Source: Sulfurimonadaceae bacterium
Lineage (GTDB): Bacteria > Campylobacterota > Campylobacteria > Campylobacterales > Sulfurimonadaceae
Length of the DNA: 64,000 nucleotides
Direction: 5' to 3'
Assembly (NCBI GenBank): GCA_041571435.1
Contig: JBFFUI010000007.1
Coordinates: 1 to 64,000, forward strand
Of this stretch, positions 37,865 to 47,660 are shown piece after piece. The stretch's first letter is position 1, and every line of letters starts with the position of its first letter. The position numbers were made by a program, and so were the translations under genes. The notes beneath the pieces were generated by a model that was given only the letters and a program-made list of their open reading frames with translations, searched no databases and was not told where the DNA came from.

Positions 37865-38974
37865 ATGGATTGTAAACACTTTGGTACATGCGGCAGCTGT
37901 CGACTCTATGAGGGCGGTTACGAAGCGCAGCACCAGCAGAAAACGGATGCGATAAAAGAACTTTTTGACGAGCTCTACAGCGGTGAGATCACCCCCTCGT
38001 TTTCACCGGAAAGCCACTACCGTGCACGCGCAGAGTTTAAGATCTGGCACGTCGATGATGCGATCCACTATGCGATGAACCCAATGGAACGCGGCGGCAA
38101 GATGGTCCTCATAGAAGAGTGCCCTATGGTGATCGAACCGATCGAGAAACTGATGTGGCCGCTGCTCGAGAGTATCAAAGAGCTTAATATGGGGTTTAAA
38201 CTGTTCGGTCTGGATTTTTTGAGCAGTTCGGAGGGGGAGATCGCCATCTCCATGCTCTACCACCGCCGTCTCGATGAATCGTGGCAGGAGCAGGCAAAAG
38301 AACTGGCATTAAAGCACGGCATCAAAGTCATCGGCCGCTCGCGCAAACAGAAAGTGGTCCTGGGTGAGGACTTTGTCACCGAGACGCTGACGATCAACGA
38401 GAAAAGCTACAAGTTTAGACACATTGAAAACAGTTTTACCCAGCCCAACCCGCGTGTCAACGAGAAGATGGTCGGCTGGTCTCTTGAACAGTTCAAAGGA
38501 ATCACGGGCGATCTGCTTGAGCTCTACTGCGGGGCGGGGAACTTTACCATCCCGTTCGCTTCGCAGTTCCACAAGGTTCTGGCAACTGAGATCTCCAAAT
38601 CCTCTATCAATGCGGCAAAGAAAAACATGGAGCTTAACGGCGTCGAGAACATCGAGTTCGTCCGCATGAGCGCCGAAGAGTTCGTGCAGGCGCTTGACGG
38701 CGTCCGTGAGTTTAGACGGATGAAAGAGATCGACCTTAAAAGCTACGAGCTAACGACCATCTTTGTCGACCCGCCGCGTGCGGGGATGGATGAGGAGTCC
38801 TGTGGCTTTGCATCACGCTTCAAGCACATCCTTTATATCTCGTGCAACCCGGAGACGCTCAAACGCGATCTGCAATACCTTACAAAAACGCATACCATTG
38901 AAGCGATGGCGACGTTTGATCAGTTCCCTTATACGGCGCATATGGAGATGGGGGTCAAGTTGATTAAACGCTAG
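37865..38974 (+). CDS. trmA: tRNA (uracil-54-C5) methyltransferase
   Basis: YRARAEF, SFTQPN, LLELYCGAGNF, VDPPRAG, YISCNP, DQFPYT.HME. Confidence 0.93.
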   Translation: MDCKHFGTCGSCRLYEGGYEAQHQQKTDAIKELFDELYSGEITPSFSPESHYRARAEFKIWHVDDAIHYAMNPMERGGKMVLIEECPMVIEPIEKLMWPLLESIKELNMGFKLFGLDFLSSSEGEIAISMLYHRRLDESWQEQAKELALKHGIKVIGRSRKQKVVLGEDFVTETLTINEKSYKFRHIENSFTQPNPRVNEKMVGWSLEQFKGITGDLLELYCGAGNFTIPFASQFHKVLATEISKSSINAAKKNMELNGVENIEFVRMSAEEFVQALDGVREFRRMKEIDLKSYELTTIFVDPPRAGMDEESCGFASRFKHILYISCNPETLKRDLQYLTKTHTIEAMATFDQFPYTAHMEMGVKLIKR

Positions 38975-39111
38975 TCGTATTTGGTGTTTGGTTTTTGAGT
39001 ATCAAGTTTTATAAACTTTAATACTAGAAAAATTTTTGTCTCGTACTCTCTTACTTTTTTGCGCTACTTCTAGTGTTTTGAAGTCAGTAGAAAAGTAGAT
39101 GTAAGACAACG

Positions 39112-40062
39112 CTAAACCCCAAAAACAAGCGCTTTGCTATCATCTTTCTCATATTCACTCTGAAGCGTGACATGCGTAATATGGAAGTTTGTCTTGATTG
39201 TGTGTTCAATATCATTACAGATCTGTGTCACCTTTTCGAGTGAGAGGTCCTCTTGAAAATCGATATGTGCTTCAAAAAAGGTCTCATTGTCATTTAGCTG
39301 CCAGAGATGGATGTGGTGGATGTTGTGCAGTGCAGGGTGTTTGCAGACGGCTTCTTCGATCTTAGCAATATCGATATGTGACGGCGTGAACTGCATTAGG
39401 ATCATAGTCGCATCTTTCAAGATCCCGTAGGCGGCGTAGATAAGGTAAAGGGCAATTGAAATCGAGATCAGCGGATCGATCCAAAAAAGTTCATAGTAGT
39501 ACATGGCGATACCGCCGAGCAAGACGGCGACAGAGGTCATGACATCGGTCAGCAGATGCAGGTAGGCAGAACGAATATTGATGTTGTGGTGGGCATCGTC
39601 TTTGATCAATAGAACACTGGCTGCATTGAGAACAATACTCAAGACGGCGAGTGCGATGACGATGGTGGAACCGACAGGCTCCGGATGGACAAACTTCTGT
39701 AATGCTTCGATGATAAGAAAGAGTCCGATACCGATCAGCACTGAGGCATTGAAGAGCGCCGCAAGTATCTCGGCGCGTTTGAAACCGAAGGTCTGTGTAT
39801 GGGTGGGGGCGCGTCCCGCCATGCGGTTGGTGATGTAACTGATGAGCAGTGCCATGACGTCACTGAAGTTATGCAGCGCATCGCTCAAAAGTGCGAGCGA
39901 ACCGGAGAAGATCCCACCAACGATCTGCGAGAGAGTGATGATGATGTTCAGGATAATAGTGATGAGAAGCCGGGTTCCACTTACTTCGTGGTGGTGATGA
40001 CCGTGATGATGGTCATGATGATGGTGGTGTTCAGTGTGGTGATGGTGATGGTGCTCGCTCAC
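39112..40062 (-). CDS. CDF family Zn/Co/Cd efflux transporter with His-rich N-terminus
   Basis: SLALLSDALHNFSD, FGFKRAE, AYLHLLTD. Confidence 0.92.
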   Translation of the reverse strand: MSEHHHHHHTEHHHHHDHHHGHHHHEVSGTRLLITIILNIIITLSQIVGGIFSGSLALLSDALHNFSDVMALLISYITNRMAGRAPTHTQTFGFKRAEILAALFNASVLIGIGLFLIIEALQKFVHPEPVGSTIVIALAVLSIVLNAASVLLIKDDAHHNINIRSAYLHLLTDVMTSVAVLLGGIAMYYYELFWIDPLISISIALYLIYAAYGILKDATMILMQFTPSHIDIAKIEEAVCKHPALHNIHHIHLWQLNDNETFFEAHIDFQEDLSLEKVTQICNDIEHTIKTNFHITHVTLQSEYEKDDSKALVFGV

Positions 40063-40181
40063 GCTTTTTCCTCGGTAATATTTTTTATATCATATCGACT
40101 ATAACGTTAAAAATGCGGAAACCGGAGGTAGTGGCTCAGGAAGAGAGGGCACCCACTGAACATGGGCGCATATGAAATATT

Positions 40182-40811
40182 TTAGCCAATAAACTCGACA
40201 ACCTCGTCGAAAGGCAATCGCAGCTGTTTGGACTGTTCGTTGATCCTGTAGCCGAAAGGCAGGAGCATGGCAACCTGGTATTTGGATGTATCCAGACCTA
40301 AGATCGCCTCGACGTTGGCTTTTTCAAAACCTTCGATCGGGCAGGAGTCGATCTCGATAAAGGCGGCAGCGGTCATCATATTGGCAGCGGCAAGATAGCA
40401 CTGTCTGGCTGTCCAGCAGTAGATGTTTTCGTCTGAACTCAGGGTTGTCTGAAGATGACGACCATAAAGATCAAGATAAAAGTCGAGTTTCTCCTGCGGC
40501 ATCTCTCTGCGTTGGAACCTTTTTGCAGGCATACCACTCTCCACCCTCGCGTTGTGAATGGCTGCAAGGACAATAACCAGGTGCGAACAGCTTGTGATCT
40601 GCTCCTGGTCCCAGCATACTGGTCGCAGTTTTATTTTTAACGCTTCGTTGGTAATGACCAGGAACTTCCAGGGCTCCATACCGAAAGAGGAGGGCGACTT
40701 GCGTCCGGCTTCAAGGATATAGCGTATCTGCTCGTCCGGAATCTTTTTCTCCGTATCAAAGGCCTTGCAGGCGTGTCTGAAATTCATCGCTTTGGTAAAA
40801 TCGTTTGTCAT
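40182..40811 (-). CDS. Nitroreductase family NAD(P)H oxidoreductase
   Basis: RHACKAFD, SPSSFGMEPW, DSCPIEGF; ATG at 40811 after AAGGAG. Confidence 0.9.
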   Translation of the reverse strand: MTNDFTKAMNFRHACKAFDTEKKIPDEQIRYILEAGRKSPSSFGMEPWKFLVITNEALKIKLRPVCWDQEQITSCSHLVIVLAAIHNARVESGMPAKRFQRREMPQEKLDFYLDLYGRHLQTTLSSDENIYCWTARQCYLAAANMMTAAAFIEIDSCPIEGFEKANVEAILGLDTSKYQVAMLLPFGYRINEQSKQLRLPFDEVVEFIG

Positions 40812-40821
40812 TGGATGCTCC

Positions 40822-41973
40822 TTATTTTGATGCTTTTTCCAGGATCTTGGCGATCGTCTCTTTTGAATAGTGATCACCGATGCCCCAGACCTTTGCCAGT
40901 TCGCCGGCATTTTCTGCGAGGGCATCGATACCCTCTTTTGGAATATCGGCGTCCTGCAAGCGTACCGGTGAACTGATCTTGGCGAACCAGCTTTCCAGTG
41001 CCTCGATACCTGCATCGGCACCGTTGAGACCGAAGACCTCTTTGGCAAATCGTTCGAACTGTGCAAGGTTTTGCTCTTTATACCATTTCATCCAGGCCGG
41101 GATCACGATAGAGAGACCCGCACCGTGAGGGACATTGTAGAGTGCGGAGAGGGCGTGCTCGATCATGTGGTTTGGAAAACTGCCGCCGGCCGTTCCGGCA
41201 GGGGTCAGACCATTCAACGCCTGCGTTGCTACCCAGGCAAATTCGCCTCTGGCCTCGTAGTTGTCAGGATCTGCCAGCAGTATCTCGGTCGTCTCGATGA
41301 CGCTCTTGACGATGGACTCGACAACTCTCGAGTTAAAGTGCGGATGCGTTGAGGCGGTAAAATAGACCTCGATGCTGTGTGCGATGATATCCACGGCGGA
41401 ATAGGCCAGATAGTCCGGTGTCACGGTGGCCATTAATGCTGGGTTTACGACAGAGACGACCGGATTGACCAATACCGAACCGATGGAGTATTTCTGTTTT
41501 GTCGCATCGTTCATCACCACGGCGTTGCCGTTCATCTCGCTTGCGGTCGCGGCAAGCGTCATCACTGTAAAGACGGGCAGGGCTTCGGTGATCTCGGCTT
41601 TATGGATAAAAAAGTCCCAGACATCGCCGTCGTATTTTGCGCCGGCAGCAATGGCCTTGGCCGAATCGGCGACAGAACCGCCCCCGACACCGAGAACGGC
41701 CTGTAGTTTATGCTCTTTGGCCATCTTGATACCGTCATTGACCCTGCTGAGCAGCGGGTTGCTGATGATACCGCCGAGCTCTTCGTAGCCGATGCCGTTT
41801 TCGTTAAGCGAATGGATGATTCGCTCGTACAGGCCGCTTTTTTTAATACTGCCGGTACCGTAGGCCAACAGGACATTCCCGATGCCGGCTTCTTTAATGT
41901 AACGGCCTATATTGTTCTCTTTGTCTTTGCCAAACTCGATCCTGGTCGGATTGTAATAGGTGAAATCGTTCAT
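40822..41973 (-). CDS. Iron-containing alcohol dehydrogenase (BdhA/YqhD-like)
   Basis: NPTRIEFG, GGGSVAD, HMIEHALS, HGAGL. Confidence 0.92.
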   Translation of the reverse strand: MNDFTYYNPTRIEFGKDKENNIGRYIKEAGIGNVLLAYGTGSIKKSGLYERIIHSLNENGIGYEELGGIISNPLLSRVNDGIKMAKEHKLQAVLGVGGGSVADSAKAIAAGAKYDGDVWDFFIHKAEITEALPVFTVMTLAATASEMNGNAVVMNDATKQKYSIGSVLVNPVVSVVNPALMATVTPDYLAYSAVDIIAHSIEVYFTASTHPHFNSRVVESIVKSVIETTEILLADPDNYEARGEFAWVATQALNGLTPAGTAGGSFPNHMIEHALSALYNVPHGAGLSIVIPAWMKWYKEQNLAQFERFAKEVFGLNGADAGIEALESWFAKISSPVRLQDADIPKEGIDALAENAGELAKVWGIGDHYSKETIAKILEKASK

Positions 41974-42245
41974 GCAGTACCTTTGAAAATACGTAATGTA
42001 ATATACGTATGTTTTATTACTGACATCATAACAAGAAAATATTGGAGGCGAGAAGTATCTGAAAATTGACAGCGATGTTTATGTTATGTGCAAGGCAGTT
42101 TTGACCTACACGTAATCGGAAACGTCTCAACTGTTGGCATGCTTACAAACCTGATTAAACTGGTAAGGATACTTGACTTTAAGGGAGAGAGCCTATACTA
42201 TTGCACTGTAACTATTAGATATTTTTATCTTTTTAAGGAAAAACC

Positions 42246-42686
42246 ATGTCGCAATCCTGTCCGCTCGCATTTCGTAAAATCGATGGAACCATCACGCGTC
42301 TGAACGCCTTCTCAGTATTTTTGCTGCTGACACTGTTCGTGGTGTTGCCGAACCCTTTTGTCTTGTCTCTTCTGGCACTTGACCTCATGATCCGTCTATT
42401 TGGCAATAAGGCGTACAGTCCCGTGTTCCAGATATCGAAAGCCTTGAAAAAGCTCTTGCATCTCAAGTCGGAGATGGTTGATGCCGGTGCCAAACGACTC
42501 GCGTCATATTTCAGTCTTCTGTTCGTACTTCTGATTTTGAGTGCCTATATAGCGGATATCACTGTTTTGATGTATGTAATGGCAGCTGTGTTTCTTTTTT
42601 GTCTCGCGTTGGAGCTGGTGTTTGCCTACTGCATCGCCTGCAAGATCTATTTCGTCTATCGCAAACTTATACCTGAGCGTCTTTGA
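42246..42686 (+). CDS. DUF4395 membrane protein
   Basis: SCP...R.NA...AGAKRLA...LELVFAYCIACKIY. Confidence 0.8.
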   Translation: MSQSCPLAFRKIDGTITRLNAFSVFLLLTLFVVLPNPFVLSLLALDLMIRLFGNKAYSPVFQISKALKKLLHLKSEMVDAGAKRLASYFSLLFVLLILSAYIADITVLMYVMAAVFLFCLALELVFAYCIACKIYFVYRKLIPERL

Positions 42687-43090
42687 TGGCCGGTATCTCT
42701 ACTCGCGGTATCTACGGTCTGGCTGCAATGCATGTCCTCTCACATGCACCCCACAACCGGGCGATGCAGATCAAAGAGATCGCTGCAATGACACAGGTTT
42801 CGCATGCCTATTTGGAACAACTTCTCTCTGCACTCCGCAAAGGCGGTCTTGTGACCAGTATCCGCGGTGCCAATGGCGGTTACAAGCTTGCACTTGCTGC
42901 CCATGAGATCACGGTACTTGAGATCATCGAAGTCCTTGAAGGGGCACTCTGCAAGATCGAAGGCAATGTCGGTGCGAGTGTTATTCTGGAGTATTTTTGG
43001 GCAGATATCCATGAAAAGGTCAAAGGCCTCTTTATGTTAAAACTCTCGGAACTTGACCAGGCATTCCAGCCTTATCATTACGATATCTAA
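42683..43090 (+). CDS. Rrf2 family transcriptional regulator (CymR-like, no Fe-S cysteines)
   Basis: STRGIYGL, YLEQLL..LRK.GLV.SIRGANGGY. Confidence 0.9.
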   Translation: MMAGISTRGIYGLAAMHVLSHAPHNRAMQIKEIAAMTQVSHAYLEQLLSALRKGGLVTSIRGANGGYKLALAAHEITVLEIIEVLEGALCKIEGNVGASVILEYFWADIHEKVKGLFMLKLSELDQAFQPYHYDI

Positions 43091-43171
43091 ACACATGCGG
43101 CATGTTTGATCGATTAACATTCAATTTAAATTCCTATTCAGTTTGCTTATAGTACTTTACAATCATCTAGT

Positions 43172-43747
43172 TTGGAAAGCAGCGTTATGAACAACCCAGA
43201 AGTCATTCTACTTGGTTTAGCCATTGCATTATTAGTCGGTCTGATCATCTACTCTATCTATTTGACCTACCTTGGCCCAAAGGTTAAATCTAGAGCGTCT
43301 CAGGCTGAGTCGCTTAAAAACTTGCTCGATGAATATGCGCAGAACGTGAAAAAAGATGAACGTACTATTCATGAGATCTTTATCTCGGAAGATATCGATA
43401 TTCCGACCAAGTCGTACCCAAAATACAACAATGCGAGAGCCGTCAATGAGATGGGACTTACACAAGAGGAAGCGGACTCTTTTGTACATGACCTTGTCCG
43501 TGTCATTGAGACAGAGCTGCCACGCGTAGAAGAGGCGATCCTGGGATCGGACTATAAGACAGTCGAAGAGATCGTACATACGATCACCGGCAGTGCTTCG
43601 ACCCTGGGGAGCGGAGGGGTGTCATCCGCATTTATCAGCTTCTATACAGCTGTTCAGCATCGTGACGAGTTCCAGAAACTCTATGTCCACCTGCAAAATA
43701 TAAAGTTCTATCTTGCCGAGCTGAAAGAGGACTTCGGCATTAAATAG
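43172..43747 (+). CDS. Membrane-anchored Hpt domain protein (start may be ATG at 43187)
   Basis: N-terminal TM; VHTITGSASTLG resembles the Hpt HxLKGSAxxLG motif. Confidence 0.7.
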   Translation: MESSVMNNPEVILLGLAIALLVGLIIYSIYLTYLGPKVKSRASQAESLKNLLDEYAQNVKKDERTIHEIFISEDIDIPTKSYPKYNNARAVNEMGLTQEEADSFVHDLVRVIETELPRVEEAILGSDYKTVEEIVHTITGSASTLGSGGVSSAFISFYTAVQHRDEFQKLYVHLQNIKFYLAELKEDFGIK

Positions 43748-43931
43748 AACCGTCTGTAAAGACGTACAAGTTCTATCAGGGACATTTTCATACGATATGA
43801 AGAGATTTTGTCCCGCATTCCTACAAAACCGTACCATTTAAATAAACCTAAACATTAACTGAGTAAAATATACAATACATGAAGATTATGAATTACAGAG
43901 ATGCTATTTATCTACTGAGACAAGGCAGGAC

Positions 43932-45332
43932 GTGGCTATAAAGAAGAGACAGATTGATAATGATGATTCCCTTTTTGAACAATATGATTATGACAAGCTG
44001 AAAGAAGAACTGAATATTGTCGCTTTGGCAAAGCTGCAAGCCAGAGAAAACAAACCTCCGACCAACAGTCAATCCCTTGATGTTAATGAACAGAAAATTA
44101 CAACATTTTTCGCAGATCAACTTTCCAAAGTAAAACAGGAGATATACAAGAAAGTCGCATCCTATGACCATATGGCCATGCGTGTCAGTGATATCACAAC
44201 GATTCTGGCCGAAGCAAAATATGCGAGTGAAGAGTTTATTCAAAACATCACCACCTTTCAAGAGGGTGCCAAGCAGCGTATCAAAGAGATCAAACATGAG
44301 TATAATGTCCGCAAGAGTGATCTAGAGAAGTTCAAACAAAAAAATAGTATTACCCGCGAAGCCTCATACCCCAACTCCAAGGTTCTGTACATCGGCATCA
44401 TCATGCTGATCCTGCTCAGTGAGACATCGTTAAACGCCTACTTTTTTGCCAAAGGCAATGAACTCGGTCTCATCGGCGGTGCAGCACAGGCGTTGATCAT
44501 CTCGCTTATCAATATTACGTTCGCTTTTTTCCTTGGCGGGCATCTGATCAAAAGACTCAATCTGGTCAAAAAATCGCCTGTTTTAAAGTACGGGGTGTTA
44601 ACGGCACTGCTGATTGCGGCTGTCCTGATCTTCTTCTTTAACTTACTGGTCGGGCACCTGCGTGTACAGCTCGGTATAGAACCCGACACGGCTTATGTGG
44701 AAGCGATCAAGAGCTTTTTAGCAAGTCCGTTTGGTCTGAACGAGTTTGACTCTATCATCCTGGTCATCGTGGGTCTACTCTCTTTTCTGATCGCGTTCAC
44801 CGATTTTTACAAGATGGATGACGAATACCCGCACTATGGTGATCTGGACCGAAAATATCAAAATTCTATGATCGATTTCAATGAGTTGAAAGAGGAACTT
44901 CTGAATGAGATAGAGAAGAGTTCTAAATCGATTCTCAATAAGCTCGAAACGCGTCAGATGACCTCTAAAGTGATCATGCAGGAGTTGATGGAAGTGCCGA
45001 TATTCAGACAAAAACTTCAGGACCATTACAACGAGTATTACAATTATCTGAACAACACCTACAATGCGATGATAAACCTCTACCGTGAGGTCAACAACGA
45101 CTACAGGACGGATGAAGCACCTGCTTACTTCAGCAGGCGCGAGGAACTGGATCCTGACCACGAGATCAAGATCGTTGATGCCAAGTTCAAAAAAGACCTG
45201 ATACCGTATCAAGAGGCCGTACTTGAACTGCCGCATATCATCGGAGAACAAAAGCTCAAGATCAATGCAACACTTAAAAGTGTTATCACCGAGCTCGGCA
45301 GTGAGTCAAATTTGGATTTAGACAATGAGTAA
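43932..45332 (+). CDS. Uncharacterised 4-TM protein with N- and C-terminal coiled coils (operon gene 1)
   Basis: GTG start; helical charged termini; ETSLNAYFFAKGNELGLIGGAAQA motif. Confidence 0.8.
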   Translation: MAIKKRQIDNDDSLFEQYDYDKLKEELNIVALAKLQARENKPPTNSQSLDVNEQKITTFFADQLSKVKQEIYKKVASYDHMAMRVSDITTILAEAKYASEEFIQNITTFQEGAKQRIKEIKHEYNVRKSDLEKFKQKNSITREASYPNSKVLYIGIIMLILLSETSLNAYFFAKGNELGLIGGAAQALIISLINITFAFFLGGHLIKRLNLVKKSPVLKYGVLTALLIAAVLIFFFNLLVGHLRVQLGIEPDTAYVEAIKSFLASPFGLNEFDSIILVIVGLLSFLIAFTDFYKMDDEYPHYGDLDRKYQNSMIDFNELKEELLNEIEKSSKSILNKLETRQMTSKVIMQELMEVPIFRQKLQDHYNEYYNYLNNTYNAMINLYREVNNDYRTDEAPAYFSRREELDPDHEIKIVDAKFKKDLIPYQEAVLELPHIIGEQKLKINATLKSVITELGSESNLDLDNE

Positions 45333-46131
45333 GCGTCGCGCAAAAAAAGCCAAGAGCGATAAGGTCGGTTACACGCTGATCGCAATTGTTGTCACGATCT
45401 TGGCGGCCATTACCATTTTTATTGCCATGAACCGCGGGGTTGATATAGATAAAGAGAGTATGTGCCGCAGTGACGGTGCTTTCGATCGTCATATTATTAT
45501 CTTGGACATGACGGACAACTACAACTCCATCCAGGTACAGCAGATAAAACATATCATCAACAACACCGTTGAGAACCTGGCGGTGACCGAACAGCTGCAG
45601 CTCTATTTTATCAATAACACGATGCCGAGCGAGCTCAAAGCCGAGTTCTCTCTCTGTAATCCCGGCGACGGTGCCGGTAAAAGTGAGATCTACTCGAACC
45701 CGAAACTCTTTAAAAAGCGCTGGGAAAAACGTTTCTATACACCGCTTATGGCGAAGATGAAAGAGCTTTCAGGCGATTATACCAGCACGAAATCGCCTAT
45801 TTTAGAGACGGTACAGGCCGTCAATAACATCGCCTTGCCGTATGTCAGAGAGTCTGAACGCCGATACAAGATCACGATCATCTCTGACATGATCCAAAAC
45901 TCCGATGCGTTGTCTTTTTTCAACACACGTGCCTCTTCATTGGCACATTTTGTCGATTCACCTGCATACATCAGAACTCGTACCGACCTTGAAGGCGTCG
46001 ATATCGATATCGTTATCGTAAGACGCGACAAGTTTGAGTCATTGCAGTCGAGAGACTATATAGACTTTTGGGTGGAAGTATTTACGAGTATGAACGCCAA
46101 TGTAGAGAATATCAAGCTGACAGACGGATAA
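45325..46131 (+). CDS. Single-pass membrane protein with vWA-like domain (operon gene 2)
   Basis: Basic N-terminus plus TM; IIILDMTD...SPILE...IISDMIQNS (MIDAS-like spacing); overlaps gene 1. Confidence 0.7.
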   Translation: MSKRRAKKAKSDKVGYTLIAIVVTILAAITIFIAMNRGVDIDKESMCRSDGAFDRHIIILDMTDNYNSIQVQQIKHIINNTVENLAVTEQLQLYFINNTMPSELKAEFSLCNPGDGAGKSEIYSNPKLFKKRWEKRFYTPLMAKMKELSGDYTSTKSPILETVQAVNNIALPYVRESERRYKITIISDMIQNSDALSFFNTRASSLAHFVDSPAYIRTRTDLEGVDIDIVIVRRDKFESLQSRDYIDFWVEVFTSMNANVENIKLTDG

Positions 46132-46134
46132 TAA

Positions 46135-47643
46135 ATGAAAAATAGAACTTTTAACAGCGGAATATTGGAAAAACTCCAGATCAAATACCTGTTCCTTATG
46201 GCACTGGTGAGCGGGATCTTCTTTATTCTGCTAGGCGGTTTCACAGACAAGACCTATCTGTCGATCCTGTTGACGATCTCCGTGATGATCGTCTACTTTC
46301 TGATTGGTCACAAGATTGTGGAGCGAGAGCTGCTGACCAATGAGCAGTTCGCCGATAGTAACTACTATCTAGGCTTTCTATTCACCCTGATCTCCCTGGC
46401 GAGTTCACTCTATCTGCTCTCTAGCGGTGACATGCACGGTGGCCTCTTGACACGGCTTATCGGCCAGTTTGGTATATCGATCTCGACAACGATCGTCGGT
46501 CTCTCTCTGCGTATCTACCTGTTGAGTTTTAGCCCGAATATCGGCTCCAATATTGAGAGTTTCAACCTGATGATCATGGAAAAACTTCAACTGTTGAATG
46601 ACCATATCGGCCACAGTATTGACCAGACCAAGACCTTTTCCAATGTCATCGATGACAAGATCAACCTTTTTATCGAGCAGACGCTGAAATCGGTAGAAAA
46701 ATACAATGAACGTCTTGTTGATAGTCTGGACCAGTACTCTATAACCAACATATTCTCCAAGATCTATTCTGATATGGATGATCTTCATGCTAAACAGGAA
46801 GCACGTGTTGATGAGATCTATAAGAACATTACAAGCTACCACACCCGGTATGAAAAACTGACGCAGAGCTCTGTCAAGGCATTTCAGGATTCCATCAATG
46901 ACAGTGAGAAGTGGATCCGTGAATTCAATGATACGATGGGCCAATCTGCAGGCAGTATCGCAAATTCAAATACAGAGATGCGTAAAGTCATTCACAATTT
47001 TGACGATTTTGTGCGCGGCCTGCCTAAACTTTTTACTGAAGTCAACACACTCTTTGCACAAAGCGCGCAGACACTGACAAAGGAGCTCGAAAGCAAAAAC
47101 CGTGAACTGATCGAAAGCTTCATAGAGCAGAAAGACCGTCAGAACAAGATCTTGCTCGAACGCATACTGGGCGAGAACCAGAAGGTGCTGGAGAGTTTCA
47201 TCACTAACGGTGAGAGCCAAAACAGTGAGGTCATCAAAAAGCTCAACGAACTGAACGAAGAGGTCGTAGCAAGTTTCATTCAGTCGCGTGAATCTGGCAA
47301 TGAGAAGATGATGAATGACATCATGGTGTTGAACAACAAGGTCATCCAGTCTATCGGTGCGCGGGCTGAAAGTGCCAATGCTAAAGTGGTGGATGCGGTT
47401 ATAACATCTTCGACCAAGATGCTTCACTCCTTTGTCAATAACCAGGACCAGAAAAACGAACAGCTGATCAACAAGATCGCTCTGGAGAACAAGCGACTTT
47501 TGGAAGCCATGGCTAAAGTGATCGTCGAGAATAAAAAAGGTGTATCAACATCGCAGGCAAAAGAAGCCCTTGTACCCGAAAACGAAAAACCGGTAAGCGA
47601 AAGAATGCGTACCCACGGCAGTGTCAAACTGCCGAAACAGTAG
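46135..47643 (+). CDS. MotA/ExbB/ZorA-like membrane protein with long helical tail (operon gene 3)
   Basis: YYLGFLFTLISL...FGISISTTIVGL matches the MotA/TolQ/ExbB TM-pair pattern; ~350-aa helical tail. Confidence 0.7.
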   Translation: MKNRTFNSGILEKLQIKYLFLMALVSGIFFILLGGFTDKTYLSILLTISVMIVYFLIGHKIVERELLTNEQFADSNYYLGFLFTLISLASSLYLLSSGDMHGGLLTRLIGQFGISISTTIVGLSLRIYLLSFSPNIGSNIESFNLMIMEKLQLLNDHIGHSIDQTKTFSNVIDDKINLFIEQTLKSVEKYNERLVDSLDQYSITNIFSKIYSDMDDLHAKQEARVDEIYKNITSYHTRYEKLTQSSVKAFQDSINDSEKWIREFNDTMGQSAGSIANSNTEMRKVIHNFDDFVRGLPKLFTEVNTLFAQSAQTLTKELESKNRELIESFIEQKDRQNKILLERILGENQKVLESFITNGESQNSEVIKKLNELNEEVVASFIQSRESGNEKMMNDIMVLNNKVIQSIGARAESANAKVVDAVITSSTKMLHSFVNNQDQKNEQLINKIALENKRLLEAMAKVIVENKKGVSTSQAKEALVPENEKPVSERMRTHGSVKLPKQ

Positions 47644-47660
47644 TGTGATCAGAGCGGCTG

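Noticed and set aside
39030-39110. Imperfect long inverted repeat between trmA and the CDF gene
   Set aside because: Adequately explained as a bidirectional terminator between convergent genes
39985-40055. CAY-rich low-complexity tract
   Set aside because: Encodes the usual His-rich N-terminus of CDF transporters
40811-41066. N-terminal extension of the nitroreductase in the ORF track
   Set aside because: Overlaps the alcohol dehydrogenase gene; the RBS supports ATG at 40811
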